Positions 47,476 to 56,980 are shown, counted from the stretch's first letter. The stretch: DNA of 64,000 nt from an uncultured Candidatus Binatia bacterium (GCA_965218395.1 OZ244620.1:1669268-1733267), one strand, 5' to 3'. Made by a program: numbers and translations. Notes: generated from the sequence alone by a model not told the origin.

Positions 47476-49055
47476 GCCTGATCGTTTTCCTTCCGCTGCT
47501 GACGGCGTTCTTCCTGTTGAGCCTCAACAAGAATGCGGTGGAGTTGGTCCGGCGAACCGCCTTTGGTGCTTCGCTGCTGACCTTCTTCATCTCGCTCGGC
47601 CTGTTCACCGGCTTTGATAGTGAGACCGCCGCGTTTCAATTCGTGGAGCGCTATGCCTGGATCAGCGAATTCGGGATCGAATACTATGTTGGCGTCGATG
47701 GTATCAGCCTGTTCCTCGTCCTGCTGACGACGTTTCTTTCGCCGCTGGTGATTCTGTCCACCTGGAGCAGTGTCGAACATCGGGTCAGAGAGTATCTGTT
47801 TTTCTTTCTCATTCTGGAAACCGGCATGATCGGGACCTTTGTCGCGGTTGATGTCTTTCTCTTCTATGTCTTCTGGGAAGTCATGCTGATTCCCATGTAC
47901 TTCCTGATTGGCGTCTGGGGTGGCGAACGGCGTATTTATGCCGCGCTCAAATTCCTGCTCTATACCATGGTCGGCAGCCTCCTGATGCTGGTGGCCATCC
48001 TGTATCTGGCCTATCTGCATAATACCCAGCACGGCACGCTCAGTTTCGACCTGCTGCGCCTGTATACGCTTGAGATTCCGGTCAGCGCCCAGATGTGGTT
48101 GTTCGCCGCGTTTGCCCTGTCCTTTGCTATCAAGGTTCCGCTCTTCCCCTTTCACACCTGGCTGCCGGACGCGCACGTCGAAGCCCCAACCGGCGGCTCT
48201 GTCATTCTGGCCGGCGTGCTGCTCAAAATGGGCACCTACGGCTTTCTGCGTTTTGCCCTGCCCCTCTTCCCCGATGCCGCCCAGGCCGCAGTGCCGCTAA
48301 TCATGGCGCTCTCGGTGGTTGGTATCGTGTATGGGGCGCTGGTGGCCCTGGTGCAGCCGGATATGAAAAAGCTGGTGGCCTACTCGTCCGTCAGCCACCT
48401 CGGCTTTGTCATGCTGGGGCTGTTTGCGTTCAACATACAGGGGGTCGAAGGCGCGCTGTATCAGATGCTCGGCCACGGCCTGTCAACCGGCGCCCTCTTC
48501 CTGTTGGTCGGCGTGGTGTATGAGCGCCGCCATACGCGGCTCATCAGTGAGTACGGCGGCTTATGGAAACAACTGCCGCTCTTTGCCTCGGTCTTTCTGA
48601 TTACCATGCTGTCTTCGATCGGCCTGCCGGGCCTGAACGGATTTGTCGGGGAGTTCCTCATCCTCTTGGGGACCTTTCAGGCGAACGCGCTCGTAGGTGC
48701 GATAGCGGTTTCCGGCGTTGTGCTGGGTGCGGTGTATATGCTGCGGCTGTATCAGCGGGTTGTTTTCGGACCGCTGACCCGGCCGGAGAACGCCAAGCTG
48801 ACCGACCTGTCCCGCCGCGAGCTGGCCATATTCGTTCCGTTGATCGCCCTGATGGTGCTGATGGGTCTCTACCCCAAGCCCTTCCTCAGCCGTATGGAGA
48901 AGTCGGTAGAAGCCACCCTGGCTCGGATTCACAAAACTGCCGATAATAAGTCGGTAGAGTCTGTTGAGTCGATAGAGTCTGTCCTGAGCCGTGTCGAAGG
49001 GTCCAAGAGGCCCAACAGACTCAAAGACCCAATAGACCTAAAAGGAGCGGGTTGA
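47469..49055 (+). CDS. nuoM: NADH-quinone oxidoreductase subunit M, with a repeat-encoded C-terminal tail (KSVESVESIESVLSRVEGSKRPNRLKDPIDLKGAG)
   Basis: ORF 47394..49055; probable GTG start overlapping the nuoL stop (GTGGTAA). Antiporter-like core; the last ~35 aa are read from repeat E2. Confidence 0.8.
   Translation: MVSLIVFLPLLTAFFLLSLNKNAVELVRRTAFGASLLTFFISLGLFTGFDSETAAFQFVERYAWISEFGIEYYVGVDGISLFLVLLTTFLSPLVILSTWSSVEHRVREYLFFFLILETGMIGTFVAVDVFLFYVFWEVMLIPMYFLIGVWGGERRIYAALKFLLYTMVGSLLMLVAILYLAYLHNTQHGTLSFDLLRLYTLEIPVSAQMWLFAAFALSFAIKVPLFPFHTWLPDAHVEAPTGGSVILAGVLLKMGTYGFLRFALPLFPDAAQAAVPLIMALSVVGIVYGALVALVQPDMKKLVAYSSVSHLGFVMLGLFAFNIQGVEGALYQMLGHGLSTGALFLLVGVVYERRHTRLISEYGGLWKQLPLFASVFLITMLSSIGLPGLNGFVGEFLILLGTFQANALVGAIAVSGVVLGAVYMLRLYQRVVFGPLTRPENAKLTDLSRRELAIFVPLIALMVLMGLYPKPFLSRMEKSVEATLARIHKTADNKSVESVESIESVLSRVEGSKRPNRLKDPIDLKGAG
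48951..49039. repeat. family-2 repeat E2 (TCGGTAGAGTCTGTTGAGTC GATAGAGTC ... CCCAACAGACTCAAAGACCCAATAGACC) forming the nuoM 3' end and the nuoN RBS region (AAAAGGAG)
   Basis: Shared blocks with 38908-38963 and 45028-45136. Confidence 0.55.
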
Positions 49056-50602
49056 GTATGGACATGACACTCCCCGCCGTTAATTGGCTCTCGGTCCTGC
49101 CGACCCTGCTCCTGTCCGCGACCGGCATGCTGGCCCTGTTCTGGGACATCTGGATCAAAGACGATGAGCGCTCTTTGCTCGGCTGGCTGAGCCTGACGGG
49201 TATTGTTGGCACGGCGCTGTGTTCCTGGTTGTTGTGGGGCCACAACGATGTGACGTCGTTCAGCGGCATGTTTGCCCTCGATACGTATGCCCTGTTCTTC
49301 AATCTCGTCTTTTGTCTGGTCGCGGGTCTGACGGTGTTGATGTCTTTGAGCTATCTCGAAACCGCCGAGATCCGGCACGGAGAGTATTACGCCCTCATTC
49401 TCTTTGCCACGGTCGGCATGACGGTCATGGCTGCCGCCACCGACCTCATTTTTATCTTTCTGGGTCTGGAAACCATGTCGATTGCCGTGTACGTCCTGGC
49501 CGGGATCTGGCGGCAACATCTCACCTCGCATGAAGCGGCGCTCAAATATTTTCTCCTCGGGGCGTTTGCGAGCGGATTCCTGCTGTATGGCATTGCCCTG
49601 ATTTATGGGGCGACGGGCAGCGTTCAGCTCGGACCCATTGCCGAACACGTCGGTGCCCAGGGCTCTTCGCCCTTACTGTTGATTGGCATGGGGCTCTTGA
49701 TCGTGGGTTTTGGGTTTAAGGTTGCCGCTGTCCCGTTCCACGTCTGGACCCCGGATGTGTATCAAGGCTCACCCACAACCGTCACCGCTTTTATGGCGGT
49801 GGGTGTCAAAGCCGCCGCCTTTGCCGCCTTTGCCCGGATATTCCTGCATACCCTGGGTGCGGTCCATGCGGATTGGCAGGGTATTCTGTGGGTCGTGGCC
49901 GCCCTGACCATGACGGTCGGGAATATCACCGCGCTTGTCCAGCATAACATCAAACGCATGCTGGCCTACTCAAGCATAGCCCATGCCGGCTATCTCCTGG
50001 TCGCCATGGTTGCCGGCGGGGACTTGGGCGGCGCGGCTCTGCTGTACTACCTGGTGGCCTATGGGCTGATGAATCTGGGCGCATTTGGGGTGATGGTCGC
50101 GGTTGGGCGCAGGGGTGAGCCGCATGAAGAGCTTGACGATTATGCCGGCCTGGGTTTTCGTTATCCGGCCCTGGGGATGGCCATGACCGTGTTCATGCTC
50201 TCTCTGACGGGGGTTCCGCCGCTGGTCGGGTTCACCGGCAAGTTTTATATTTTCAGCGCTGCGGTGCAGGCCGGCTATATCTGGCTGGCGGTGATCGGCG
50301 TGCTGAACAGCGCGGTATCAGCCTATTACTATATTCGCGTCGTCGTCAATATGTATATGCGTGAGGGCGAGGCCATAGTCGAATTACCCTCACTCCGTTC
50401 GGCATTAGGGCTGGCCATCCTGATAGCCGCAATCGGCACCGTGCTGATGGGCGTCTTCCCGTCCGCGTCATGTCCTTGGCCGGCGCGTCGTTTTTGTCGT
50501 TGGGATGAACCGAGGAGAGCCGCGGGCTGCTTTTTGCAGGTGGGCAACGCCTCTGGCCGTTTGCGCGTGGGCGGGGAAGTGGTATGCGAGCCAGTATGCT
50601 GA
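49052..50602 (+). CDS. nuoN: NADH-quinone oxidoreductase subunit N; the last ~45 aa may be out of frame (an alternative frame gives ...FPSRVMSLAGASFLSLG* ending at ~50516)
   Basis: ATGA overlap with nuoM; ND2-like core. The C-terminal tail as read (SASCPWPARRFCRWDEPRR...) is unlike NuoN and overlaps cobS by 19 nt. Confidence 0.8.
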   Translation: MSMDMTLPAVNWLSVLPTLLLSATGMLALFWDIWIKDDERSLLGWLSLTGIVGTALCSWLLWGHNDVTSFSGMFALDTYALFFNLVFCLVAGLTVLMSLSYLETAEIRHGEYYALILFATVGMTVMAAATDLIFIFLGLETMSIAVYVLAGIWRQHLTSHEAALKYFLLGAFASGFLLYGIALIYGATGSVQLGPIAEHVGAQGSSPLLLIGMGLLIVGFGFKVAAVPFHVWTPDVYQGSPTTVTAFMAVGVKAAAFAAFARIFLHTLGAVHADWQGILWVVAALTMTVGNITALVQHNIKRMLAYSSIAHAGYLLVAMVAGGDLGGAALLYYLVAYGLMNLGAFGVMVAVGRRGEPHEELDDYAGLGFRYPALGMAMTVFMLSLTGVPPLVGFTGKFYIFSAAVQAGYIWLAVIGVLNSAVSAYYYIRVVVNMYMREGEAIVELPSLRSALGLAILIAAIGTVLMGVFPSASCPWPARRFCRWDEPRRAAGCFLQVGNASGRLRVGGEVVCEPVC

Positions 50603-51345
50603 CCAACTTGCTGACGGCTTTACACTTTCTCACCCCGGTGCGGACGAAAAGAGAGCTGCCTTTTGACGCACCGGCCTGTCGGCGGTCCGCAATTTTTTTC
50701 CCGCTGATTGGGCTCCTCATCGGTGGGCTGGTCTGGGGGGCGGACTGCTTGCTCCGGCCCGTACTCCCAACGACACTGCTCAGTATTGTGCTGGTTGGGT
50801 TGCTGGCGGTCTTGAGTCGAGGGGTTCATCTTGATGGGGTGGTGAAGAGCGCCGACGCGCTGTTTGGCGGCTCGGGCTCGACCCGGAAAGGGTCGGGGCG
50901 TGGACCGTTTGGCGTCCTGGTCCTTGTTTTTATCCTGGCGTGCAAAGTCCGCGCCTTGGAACTGCTACTCGGCGGCTATCGAGACATCGCTCTCTTGCTC
51001 GGCCCTATGCTGGGGCGGTGGGCGTGCGTGGTGATGGCCTATAGCTCCCGTCCTGCTCGGGACGAGGGGCCGGGCACGACCTTTGTGCAGGGTGTCGAGT
51101 TCAACGAGTTTGCCCTCGCCAGCCTCATCGCTCTGGGGGTCTTGTTTACGCTGATTGAGATTGCCGGTATTGCGCTGGTTCTTCCCCTGGGCGGGCTCAT
51201 TATCGGCTTTACGCTGTTGTGCAATCGTCGCCTGGGCGGCGTCGCCGGAGACCACTGGGGGGCGGTGGCGGAACTCGTCGAGACCGCCGCGTTATGCCTC
51301 TTCGCCCTCCTCGCCGGAGGGGGGACGACCGCTACCCCGGTGTAG
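50584..51345 (+). CDS. cobS: adenosylcobinamide-GDP ribazoletransferase (cobalamin synthase) CobS
   Basis: Polytopic membrane protein with the HLDGVVKSADALFGG motif of the CobS family. Confidence 0.75.
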   Translation: MRASMLTNLLTALHFLTPVRTKRELPFDAPACRRSAIFFPLIGLLIGGLVWGADCLLRPVLPTTLLSIVLVGLLAVLSRGVHLDGVVKSADALFGGSGSTRKGSGRGPFGVLVLVFILACKVRALELLLGGYRDIALLLGPMLGRWACVVMAYSSRPARDEGPGTTFVQGVEFNEFALASLIALGVLFTLIEIAGIALVLPLGGLIIGFTLLCNRRLGGVAGDHWGAVAELVETAALCLFALLAGGGTTATPV

Positions 51346-51367
51346 ATAACCGGGGCGATAATGGGAG

Positions 51368-51397
51368 TGGGGCAAGCCTCAAGGCGAGGCTTGCCCC
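51368..51397. terminator. bidirectional stem-loop GGGGCAAGCCTC-aaggc-GAGGCTTGCCCC between convergent cobS and the downstream gene
   Basis: Perfect 12-bp GC-rich stem. Confidence 0.5.
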
Positions 51398-51424
51398 ATC
51401 CGCTGCTGTATTAGACGGGAGAGA

Positions 51425-51796
51425 TCAGATATCGGCGCGGACAGGAATCTCCGCGCTGAGAGCGACATCAACCAGGGCTTCGCCATGCCGCGCGTAGCTG
51501 AGCGTTTGCTCCTCTTTCCACGCCTTGAGCGCTTCCCGCATCCGGCCCGGATTGATGCCCAGCACGTCACAAATATTTTCAAAAGAGAAGAACCAGAGTC
51601 CATCGGTGGAAACAATCCACTCCTCGGCTTCCTGAAAGAGTCGCCGCTCGTGGGGTTTTTTTGCTAACAGATAGGTCTGGAAACAATGCACGGCATCCTC
51701 TAGCATAGCGAGCAGGAGTCGTTTTTCACCCTGTAAGGGTTTACGCCCGAGCAGGGTAAAGTACTGCTCCGGCAAGAGGGTGTCTGGTTCAAACAT
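51425..51796 (-). CDS. hypothetical protein (123 aa from MFEPDTLLPEQY)
   Basis: ORF 51425..51814; strong GGAGGAGAGG RBS before the internal ATG. Confidence 0.5.
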   Translation of the reverse strand: MFEPDTLLPEQYFTLLGRKPLQGEKRLLLAMLEDAVHCFQTYLLAKKPHERRLFQEAEEWIVSTDGLWFFSFENICDVLGINPGRMREALKAWKEEQTLSYARHGEALVDVALSAEIPVRADI

Positions 51797-51913
51797 AGAG
51801 CCTCTCCTCCACAAAAGATTGATCGATAATGGTGATTGCGTGTGAAGGTGGGAAAATAGCGAAAATTCATCTATAAGTAAAGTAAAAAAATCTTCTTTCC
51901 ATTATTAGCAACC

Positions 51914-52840
51914 ATGCATATTGAAACACTCAAGGTTTTTTGTGATCTGGCTGAGACCGGCAGTTTTTCGCTGGCCTCCTCCAAGAATTTTATTACCCAA
52001 TCTGCGGTCAGTCAGCAGATTCGCGGACTGGAGGAGCGCTACGGCCGAGAACTGGTTGAACGCTCGAAGGGCAATGTGCGCCTGACACAAGCCGGTCAGG
52101 TCTTGTATGAGGCCGGCAAGGAGATTGTACAGAAGTATCGTGAAATCGAAGACGGTATCCAGACCCTCTCCCGCTCGGTTGCGGGCACGGTGCGGGTTGC
52201 CACGGTGTATAGTGTCGGACTCTATGAGCTCTCTTCGCCACTCAAGCGCTACTTGCAGACTTTTCCCGATGTCAATATCCACCTGGAGTATACCCGCGTC
52301 AACAAAATCTACGAAGATATCAGTCGCGGCGATATCGATCTGGGTATTGTCGCCTACCCGAGTAAGCGACCCCAGATTCGACTCACCCCGTTCCGGGAGG
52401 ACCGACTGGTCCTGATTTGCGCTCCGCAACATCGCTTTGCCTCACTCCGGCGTCTCAATATCAAGAAGCTCGACGGCGAGAAATTTATCGGCTTTGAGCG
52501 CGATATTCCGACGCGCCGGGCGCTTGATCGTCTCTTCCGGCGGCATGGGGTCAAAGTCCAATACATGATGGAAATGGATAACGTTGAAACGATCAAACGC
52601 GCGGTCGAAATAGGGGCCGGGATCGCTATTGTGCCCGAGCCGTCCGTTTCTCTTGAGGTCAAGAATGAGACCCTCAAGGTCGTCCATTTTTCCGGCGAAG
52701 TCCTGATGCGCCCACTTGGCCTTATTTCCAAGCGGGGCCGTCGTTTTACCCAGGCGACCCAAAAGTTTATCGATTTCCTCAAAGATAAGCCTGCTCAGCC
52801 TCCAGAGTCTTCGGACCGGGTTCTCCAAGCCATTGTGTAG
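51914..52840 (+). CDS. LysR-family transcriptional regulator
   Basis: N-terminal HTH (FITQSAVSQQIRGLEERYG) plus LysR substrate-binding domain; divergent from an AT-rich promoter region. Confidence 0.85.
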   Translation: MHIETLKVFCDLAETGSFSLASSKNFITQSAVSQQIRGLEERYGRELVERSKGNVRLTQAGQVLYEAGKEIVQKYREIEDGIQTLSRSVAGTVRVATVYSVGLYELSSPLKRYLQTFPDVNIHLEYTRVNKIYEDISRGDIDLGIVAYPSKRPQIRLTPFREDRLVLICAPQHRFASLRRLNIKKLDGEKFIGFERDIPTRRALDRLFRRHGVKVQYMMEMDNVETIKRAVEIGAGIAIVPEPSVSLEVKNETLKVVHFSGEVLMRPLGLISKRGRRFTQATQKFIDFLKDKPAQPPESSDRVLQAIV

Positions 52841-52844
52841 GAGG

Positions 52845-52880
52845 CGGGGCGATGGGCGGGATGCCCTCCCCGTTTTTCTC
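52845..52880 (+). terminator. rho-independent-type terminator (GGGCGGGATGCCCTCCCC followed by GTTTTTCTC) after the LysR gene
   Basis: GC stem (one mismatch) followed by a T-tract. Confidence 0.45.
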
Positions 52881-52933
52881 TTGAGGTTGAGAGCTATTCC
52901 CGGAGATGTCCCGGACTCGGAGACGCGCGGGAA

Positions 52934-54715
52934 TCACGCTCCGGGTGACGCGACCCGGGCTGACGCCGCCTTCAGATATTCGGAGAACTCATAGATGCCA
53001 TACGCCTCCCGTCCCTGCCACACGGTTCGAGACAGCCCAAAGGTGACCGCCAGGGCCGGCCCGTCATGCGTATGGCGCACGATGGGAATAGCCGTCAGGG
53101 TTTCTCCCTGGCACTCAAGCGACACTGGGGCCGAGGGCGAGAAGGAGACGGAGAAGCGTGTGGGTCGGCCATGCTCAAAGGCGTATTCGAGCTGCCAGTC
53201 CGTGGGGTCCAGCGGCTGTGGGCTGCCGTGCTGATAGACAATGCCGGAAGACTGGGGTCCGTCAGGAGTTTCGGAGCGGGCCAGGAAAATCCCCAGGTCA
53301 GACCCAAAGGGTAATGACAGCAGGCGGCGCGGCAGGAGCCGGTCGGTTTCATCAGGTCTGAGCACGTCAACAAAGCCCCAGGCGTTGACCGTATACGCGC
53401 GGTCCGGAAAAGCCACGCGGCCCTGGAGTCGACACAGCTGAATAAGCGCCGGACGGCTGGCATTCAGCGCCGGAAACAACAGGTGCAGGTCCACCTCAGC
53501 CGGCTCTATCCAGGAAGCGGCCAGCCCGTCTTCGAGCCGGATAAATGCCTGGGGGTGGGCAAAGCGCATGAGCGTTCCCCTGTAGCTAATGGAAAGTCCC
53601 CTCGGCTGTCGCCGCCACCCGCACTGTCCGATCTGCACGTGGCCACGGTCCGGTCCACGTCTGTCTTCACCGGTAAAGAGCACCATCTCGGTCCCGCCCA
53701 GGGAGAGGAGCAGGCGTCCGGAATGGACGGACGCCTGAGGGTCAAATTCCACGCCGCCCATTACCCCTAAGCCGCTTCTCGGGTCGTGAAAGTGCAGGGC
53801 CAAGCGGGTAGGACTGCGCTCCCAGGTCTCAGGCAGCAAAGAGTCGTACGGCGTTGCGTCCTCTGTGGGTGGAGCCTCAAGAAAAGAACACGCAGAAAAG
53901 TCGCGCTCCCCCTTCTGGTCAGGTACGGCGCCATTCTGCAAAGAATTACCCAAGGTATGGCAAAAGACGCGGACAAAGCGCTCGCGCTCCGGTCCGGGCC
54001 AACGCAGGCCCACGCCAAGTTCCAACTGCGCGGCGTTAATCTTTCCCTGCACGGTCAGCGCGGCCAGCGTTCGTATCTGCGCAGAGTCGTCGTGCAGGAA
54101 GCGCGCGCTGAAGACCTGCATGAAATTATTTTTGGCCGCCGCGGCATAGCGTCGTCCAATCGCGACATCGATCTGCTGTTCCTGGGCGGCTGCACAAAAG
54201 GGGAGCACGACATCGGAAAAGAAGGATACACCCAGCGTGGGCTCTCCCTTGCCCGCTCGGATCAGTTTGCCCGCGCGTTGGCGCAGGCCAATGCCCACAT
54301 CGCACACGGGCTGGACCACGTTCCAGCCATGAATGAAAAAGACGCGCACCGCGGCATGCTGCGCCGTCAGCGCTGACAGGAGTTCGACCAGGGAGCGCAG
54401 AAACCAGGGCGCCTCGTGTTTGACCTGACTCACGCGGTTCAGGTCCAGCTCGTTGCGGTCATGCGAGCGGTTGATCAGCGCATAGCTGCGGGTGTGCTCG
54501 GCTAGGTCGTGGGTGAGCTCGGCCGTATACAGATCGTTGACCTTGATACTATCGGTGATCGGGGCGTTGGCTGGGCGGCGGCCCCCGTGCGGAGCGACGA
54601 GGACGATAGGAACCTGACCAGGGGTAAACGTCATCCAGGCGGGCAGGCTGGACTCAAATGAAAACGGCATGGCGTTACTATATCCGATCTGTGCGGAAGA
54701 CAGAACGTCTCCCAC
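52934..54715 (-). CDS. large hypothetical protein; N-terminal region resembles the N-formylglutamate amidohydrolase (FGase) fold (IVLVAPHGG)
   Basis: 593-aa ORF; weak motif similarity only. Confidence 0.5.
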   Translation of the reverse strand: MGDVLSSAQIGYSNAMPFSFESSLPAWMTFTPGQVPIVLVAPHGGRRPANAPITDSIKVNDLYTAELTHDLAEHTRSYALINRSHDRNELDLNRVSQVKHEAPWFLRSLVELLSALTAQHAAVRVFFIHGWNVVQPVCDVGIGLRQRAGKLIRAGKGEPTLGVSFFSDVVLPFCAAAQEQQIDVAIGRRYAAAAKNNFMQVFSARFLHDDSAQIRTLAALTVQGKINAAQLELGVGLRWPGPERERFVRVFCHTLGNSLQNGAVPDQKGERDFSACSFLEAPPTEDATPYDSLLPETWERSPTRLALHFHDPRSGLGVMGGVEFDPQASVHSGRLLLSLGGTEMVLFTGEDRRGPDRGHVQIGQCGWRRQPRGLSISYRGTLMRFAHPQAFIRLEDGLAASWIEPAEVDLHLLFPALNASRPALIQLCRLQGRVAFPDRAYTVNAWGFVDVLRPDETDRLLPRRLLSLPFGSDLGIFLARSETPDGPQSSGIVYQHGSPQPLDPTDWQLEYAFEHGRPTRFSVSFSPSAPVSLECQGETLTAIPIVRHTHDGPALAVTFGLSRTVWQGREAYGIYEFSEYLKAASARVASPGA

Positions 54716-54723
54716 GCGGGAGT

Positions 54724-55701
54724 CTAGCTGCTGACCTCGTCAAGCCGGCGTTCCAGGTCCTCGACGGCCATGCTGCCCGGTGTCTGGCCGGTAGAGGCCA
54801 TGTCGTTGACAAGGTGTTGCAGCAGGGCGTTGCAGGGGGTGGGAATCCCGTGGAGTCTGCCCAGCATGACGATCTCTCCGTTCAAAAAGTCAGCCTCGAC
54901 CGTGGGCAGACCGCGCATCAGACTTTGCCACGACGAACCGCCCGCCCGCGGGTGGCCCTCAATATCAACCAGCTTGATCTGAGATCGTACCCGCGTTTGT
55001 AATTCATCCTCGGGCACAAACTCGATGCCCGCCGCCTGGTAGCAGGCCAGGGCTTCGGCGCGTAGCGCCCGAATAATTTTGCGCGAGCGCGCCTCAAAAC
55101 CGCACGCCGCCTGAAAGGCGTTGCGCACATTACTCAGCAGCTTGGTGTATTTCCAGCGCATGATATTACGCTCAGGCGCGGCACTAAAGCCACAGGTGGT
55201 CAGCTCCTGCGTCACCTGGCTAATGAGCGGATCAACCCCGTCGGGATAGCGCCCGGCATCCAGCATCCCGCCAACGGGCTCGGCATGATTCAGCACCAGC
55301 CCCGGCTCCAGATAGGTGGCCGGCATCCAGACCACCATGCCGTAGACGCGCGCAAAGCGGCGGATGGCCAGGCGCTCATTGTCCACCCCGTTCTGCCCGC
55401 AGATGACGGCCAGGTCCCGACCCCCCGCGCGCTCAAGGTCGCGTAGCGCCATCTCCGTGTCCTGGGACTTCATCGTCAACAACACCACATCGTCCGGGCT
55501 CAGCGTGATCTCTTCGGGATGGCTGACCGCACGGATTGTGAGTGTGAGGGTTTCCGTGGGGGTCTTTAAGGTCAGGCCTGTGGATTGGATGGCGTGTAAG
55601 TGCGCACCCCGGCAGATCAGGATAACTTCATGCCCGTGCTGGAGCAGCCGCGCCCCAATGGCCCCGCCAATGCCACCGGCTCCGTAGATGATGTAGCGCA
55701 T
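54724..55701 (-). CDS. panE: 2-dehydropantoate 2-reductase (PanE/ApbA family)
   Basis: ORF 54724..55722; start MRYIIYGAGGIGGAIGARL (Rossmann); ApbA C-terminal domain. Confidence 0.8.
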   Translation of the reverse strand: MRYIIYGAGGIGGAIGARLLQHGHEVILICRGAHLHAIQSTGLTLKTPTETLTLTIRAVSHPEEITLSPDDVVLLTMKSQDTEMALRDLERAGGRDLAVICGQNGVDNERLAIRRFARVYGMVVWMPATYLEPGLVLNHAEPVGGMLDAGRYPDGVDPLISQVTQELTTCGFSAAPERNIMRWKYTKLLSNVRNAFQAACGFEARSRKIIRALRAEALACYQAAGIEFVPEDELQTRVRSQIKLVDIEGHPRAGGSSWQSLMRGLPTVEADFLNGEIVMLGRLHGIPTPCNALLQHLVNDMASTGQTPGSMAVEDLERRLDEVSS

Positions 55702-55870
55702 GGGAATCCCCCGTCCTTTCAATACCCTCAGGGTCGGATTCTAGCTCTCGCCGGTGCGTCTATACACCCCATTCGACCGGGCGAGCGGAATAACCCCTGA
55801 ACGGTTCGGCCGGATTGACATTGCCCAGCCAAGCGCAGGATAATCACCGCCACCAAGGAAGGGGGACAGC

Positions 55871-56980
55871 ATGGCACAGGATGCAACACCGAGCACGATT
55901 TTTTCGGCGGACTCGCACACCATAGAGCCCGCGGACCTTTGGGTCCAACGCGTGGACCGGGGCTTTCGAGACCGGGCACCGCGCGTCATCAAAGACTATC
56001 AGGACAAACCGGGCAGCTTTTTTGTGGCGGAAGGACTCACACCCTTTCCCGTGGGTGGTGGGTTTGCCGCGGGCAAGGACCCCAAAGACTTGGCGACCAA
56101 TCAGAACGTCGGCTACGAGCAGGCGCGTCCGAGCGGCTGGGACCCGGTCGAACGGCTCAAGGATCAGGATATCGACGGGGTCGAGGGAGAGGTGCTGTAT
56201 ACGACTCTCGGCATGTTCCTCTTCCACCTCAAAGACGCCGACCTGCAGTGGGAGTGTTTCCGCGCCTATAACGATTGGATAGCCGAATTTGTCAGTCACG
56301 CCCCCCGGCGGCTGGTTGGTTTGGGGCTGATTGCCATGCAGGATGTCGAGCAGGCCGTGGGCGAGTTGCGGCGCGTTGCCAACAAAGGCTTGCGCGGGAT
56401 CATGATCAACGCGGCCTCCCCCCGAGAGGTGCCCTACAGCGACACTTACTTTGATGCGTTCTGGGCGGCCGCTCAGGACCTGAACCTGCCGGTGAGCCTG
56501 CATATTCTGACCGGCAAGCAAAACATCCGGCTCAAAAAGGGCCGGGTAGCCTCAAACATGTCTATTATTCACGAAGTCCAAAACTCGCTGACCGACCTGA
56601 TTTATAATGGCGTGTGCGAACGCTTTCCCCGGCTGAGGCTGGTTTCCGCAGAAAACGATATTGGCTGGATTGCCCATTATTTGGGTCGTTTGGACATCTC
56701 GTCCGAAACGCTCAAGTACGTAGACCCCACCCCGAACAGCCTCCTGCCCAGCGAGTATTTCAGACGGCAGATCTATGCCACTTTTCAGGACGACCGGGCC
56801 GGGGTCATGACCTATGAGCTGAGCGGTGCGGACAATCTGATGTGGGCCTCGGATTTCCCCCACCGCGCCTCAACCTGGCCGCGCTCACGGGCGGTGATAG
56901 CGCAGAACTTCGCCGGCATTCCCGCCGAGGTCAAGCGCAAGATTACCTATGAGAATGCGCGGCGTTTATACGGATTGTAA
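55871..56980 (+). CDS. amidohydrolase-2 family (TIM-barrel metal-dependent hydrolase, ACMSD/LigI-like)
   Basis: DSHTIEP metal-binding His-x-His start, HILTG, WASDFPH motifs; AAGGAAGGGGG RBS. Confidence 0.8.
   Translation: MAQDATPSTIFSADSHTIEPADLWVQRVDRGFRDRAPRVIKDYQDKPGSFFVAEGLTPFPVGGGFAAGKDPKDLATNQNVGYEQARPSGWDPVERLKDQDIDGVEGEVLYTTLGMFLFHLKDADLQWECFRAYNDWIAEFVSHAPRRLVGLGLIAMQDVEQAVGELRRVANKGLRGIMINAASPREVPYSDTYFDAFWAAAQDLNLPVSLHILTGKQNIRLKKGRVASNMSIIHEVQNSLTDLIYNGVCERFPRLRLVSAENDIGWIAHYLGRLDISSETLKYVDPTPNSLLPSEYFRRQIYATFQDDRAGVMTYELSGADNLMWASDFPHRASTWPRSRAVIAQNFAGIPAEVKRKITYENARRLYGL

Noticed and set aside
38908-49039. Possible CRISPR array suggested by tandem GAGTCCTTTG / GAGTCTGTTG units
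   Set aside because: Only 2-3 units of 9-12 bp directly abut with no spacers, they occur inside coding sequence, and there are no cas genes. They are not CRISPR.
51346-51913. Possible small RNA in the AT-rich 100-bp region upstream of the LysR gene (51815-51913)
   Set aside because: It is better explained as a divergent promoter region (the only AT-rich stretch in the area) with -10-like TATAAG; no structured element is evident.
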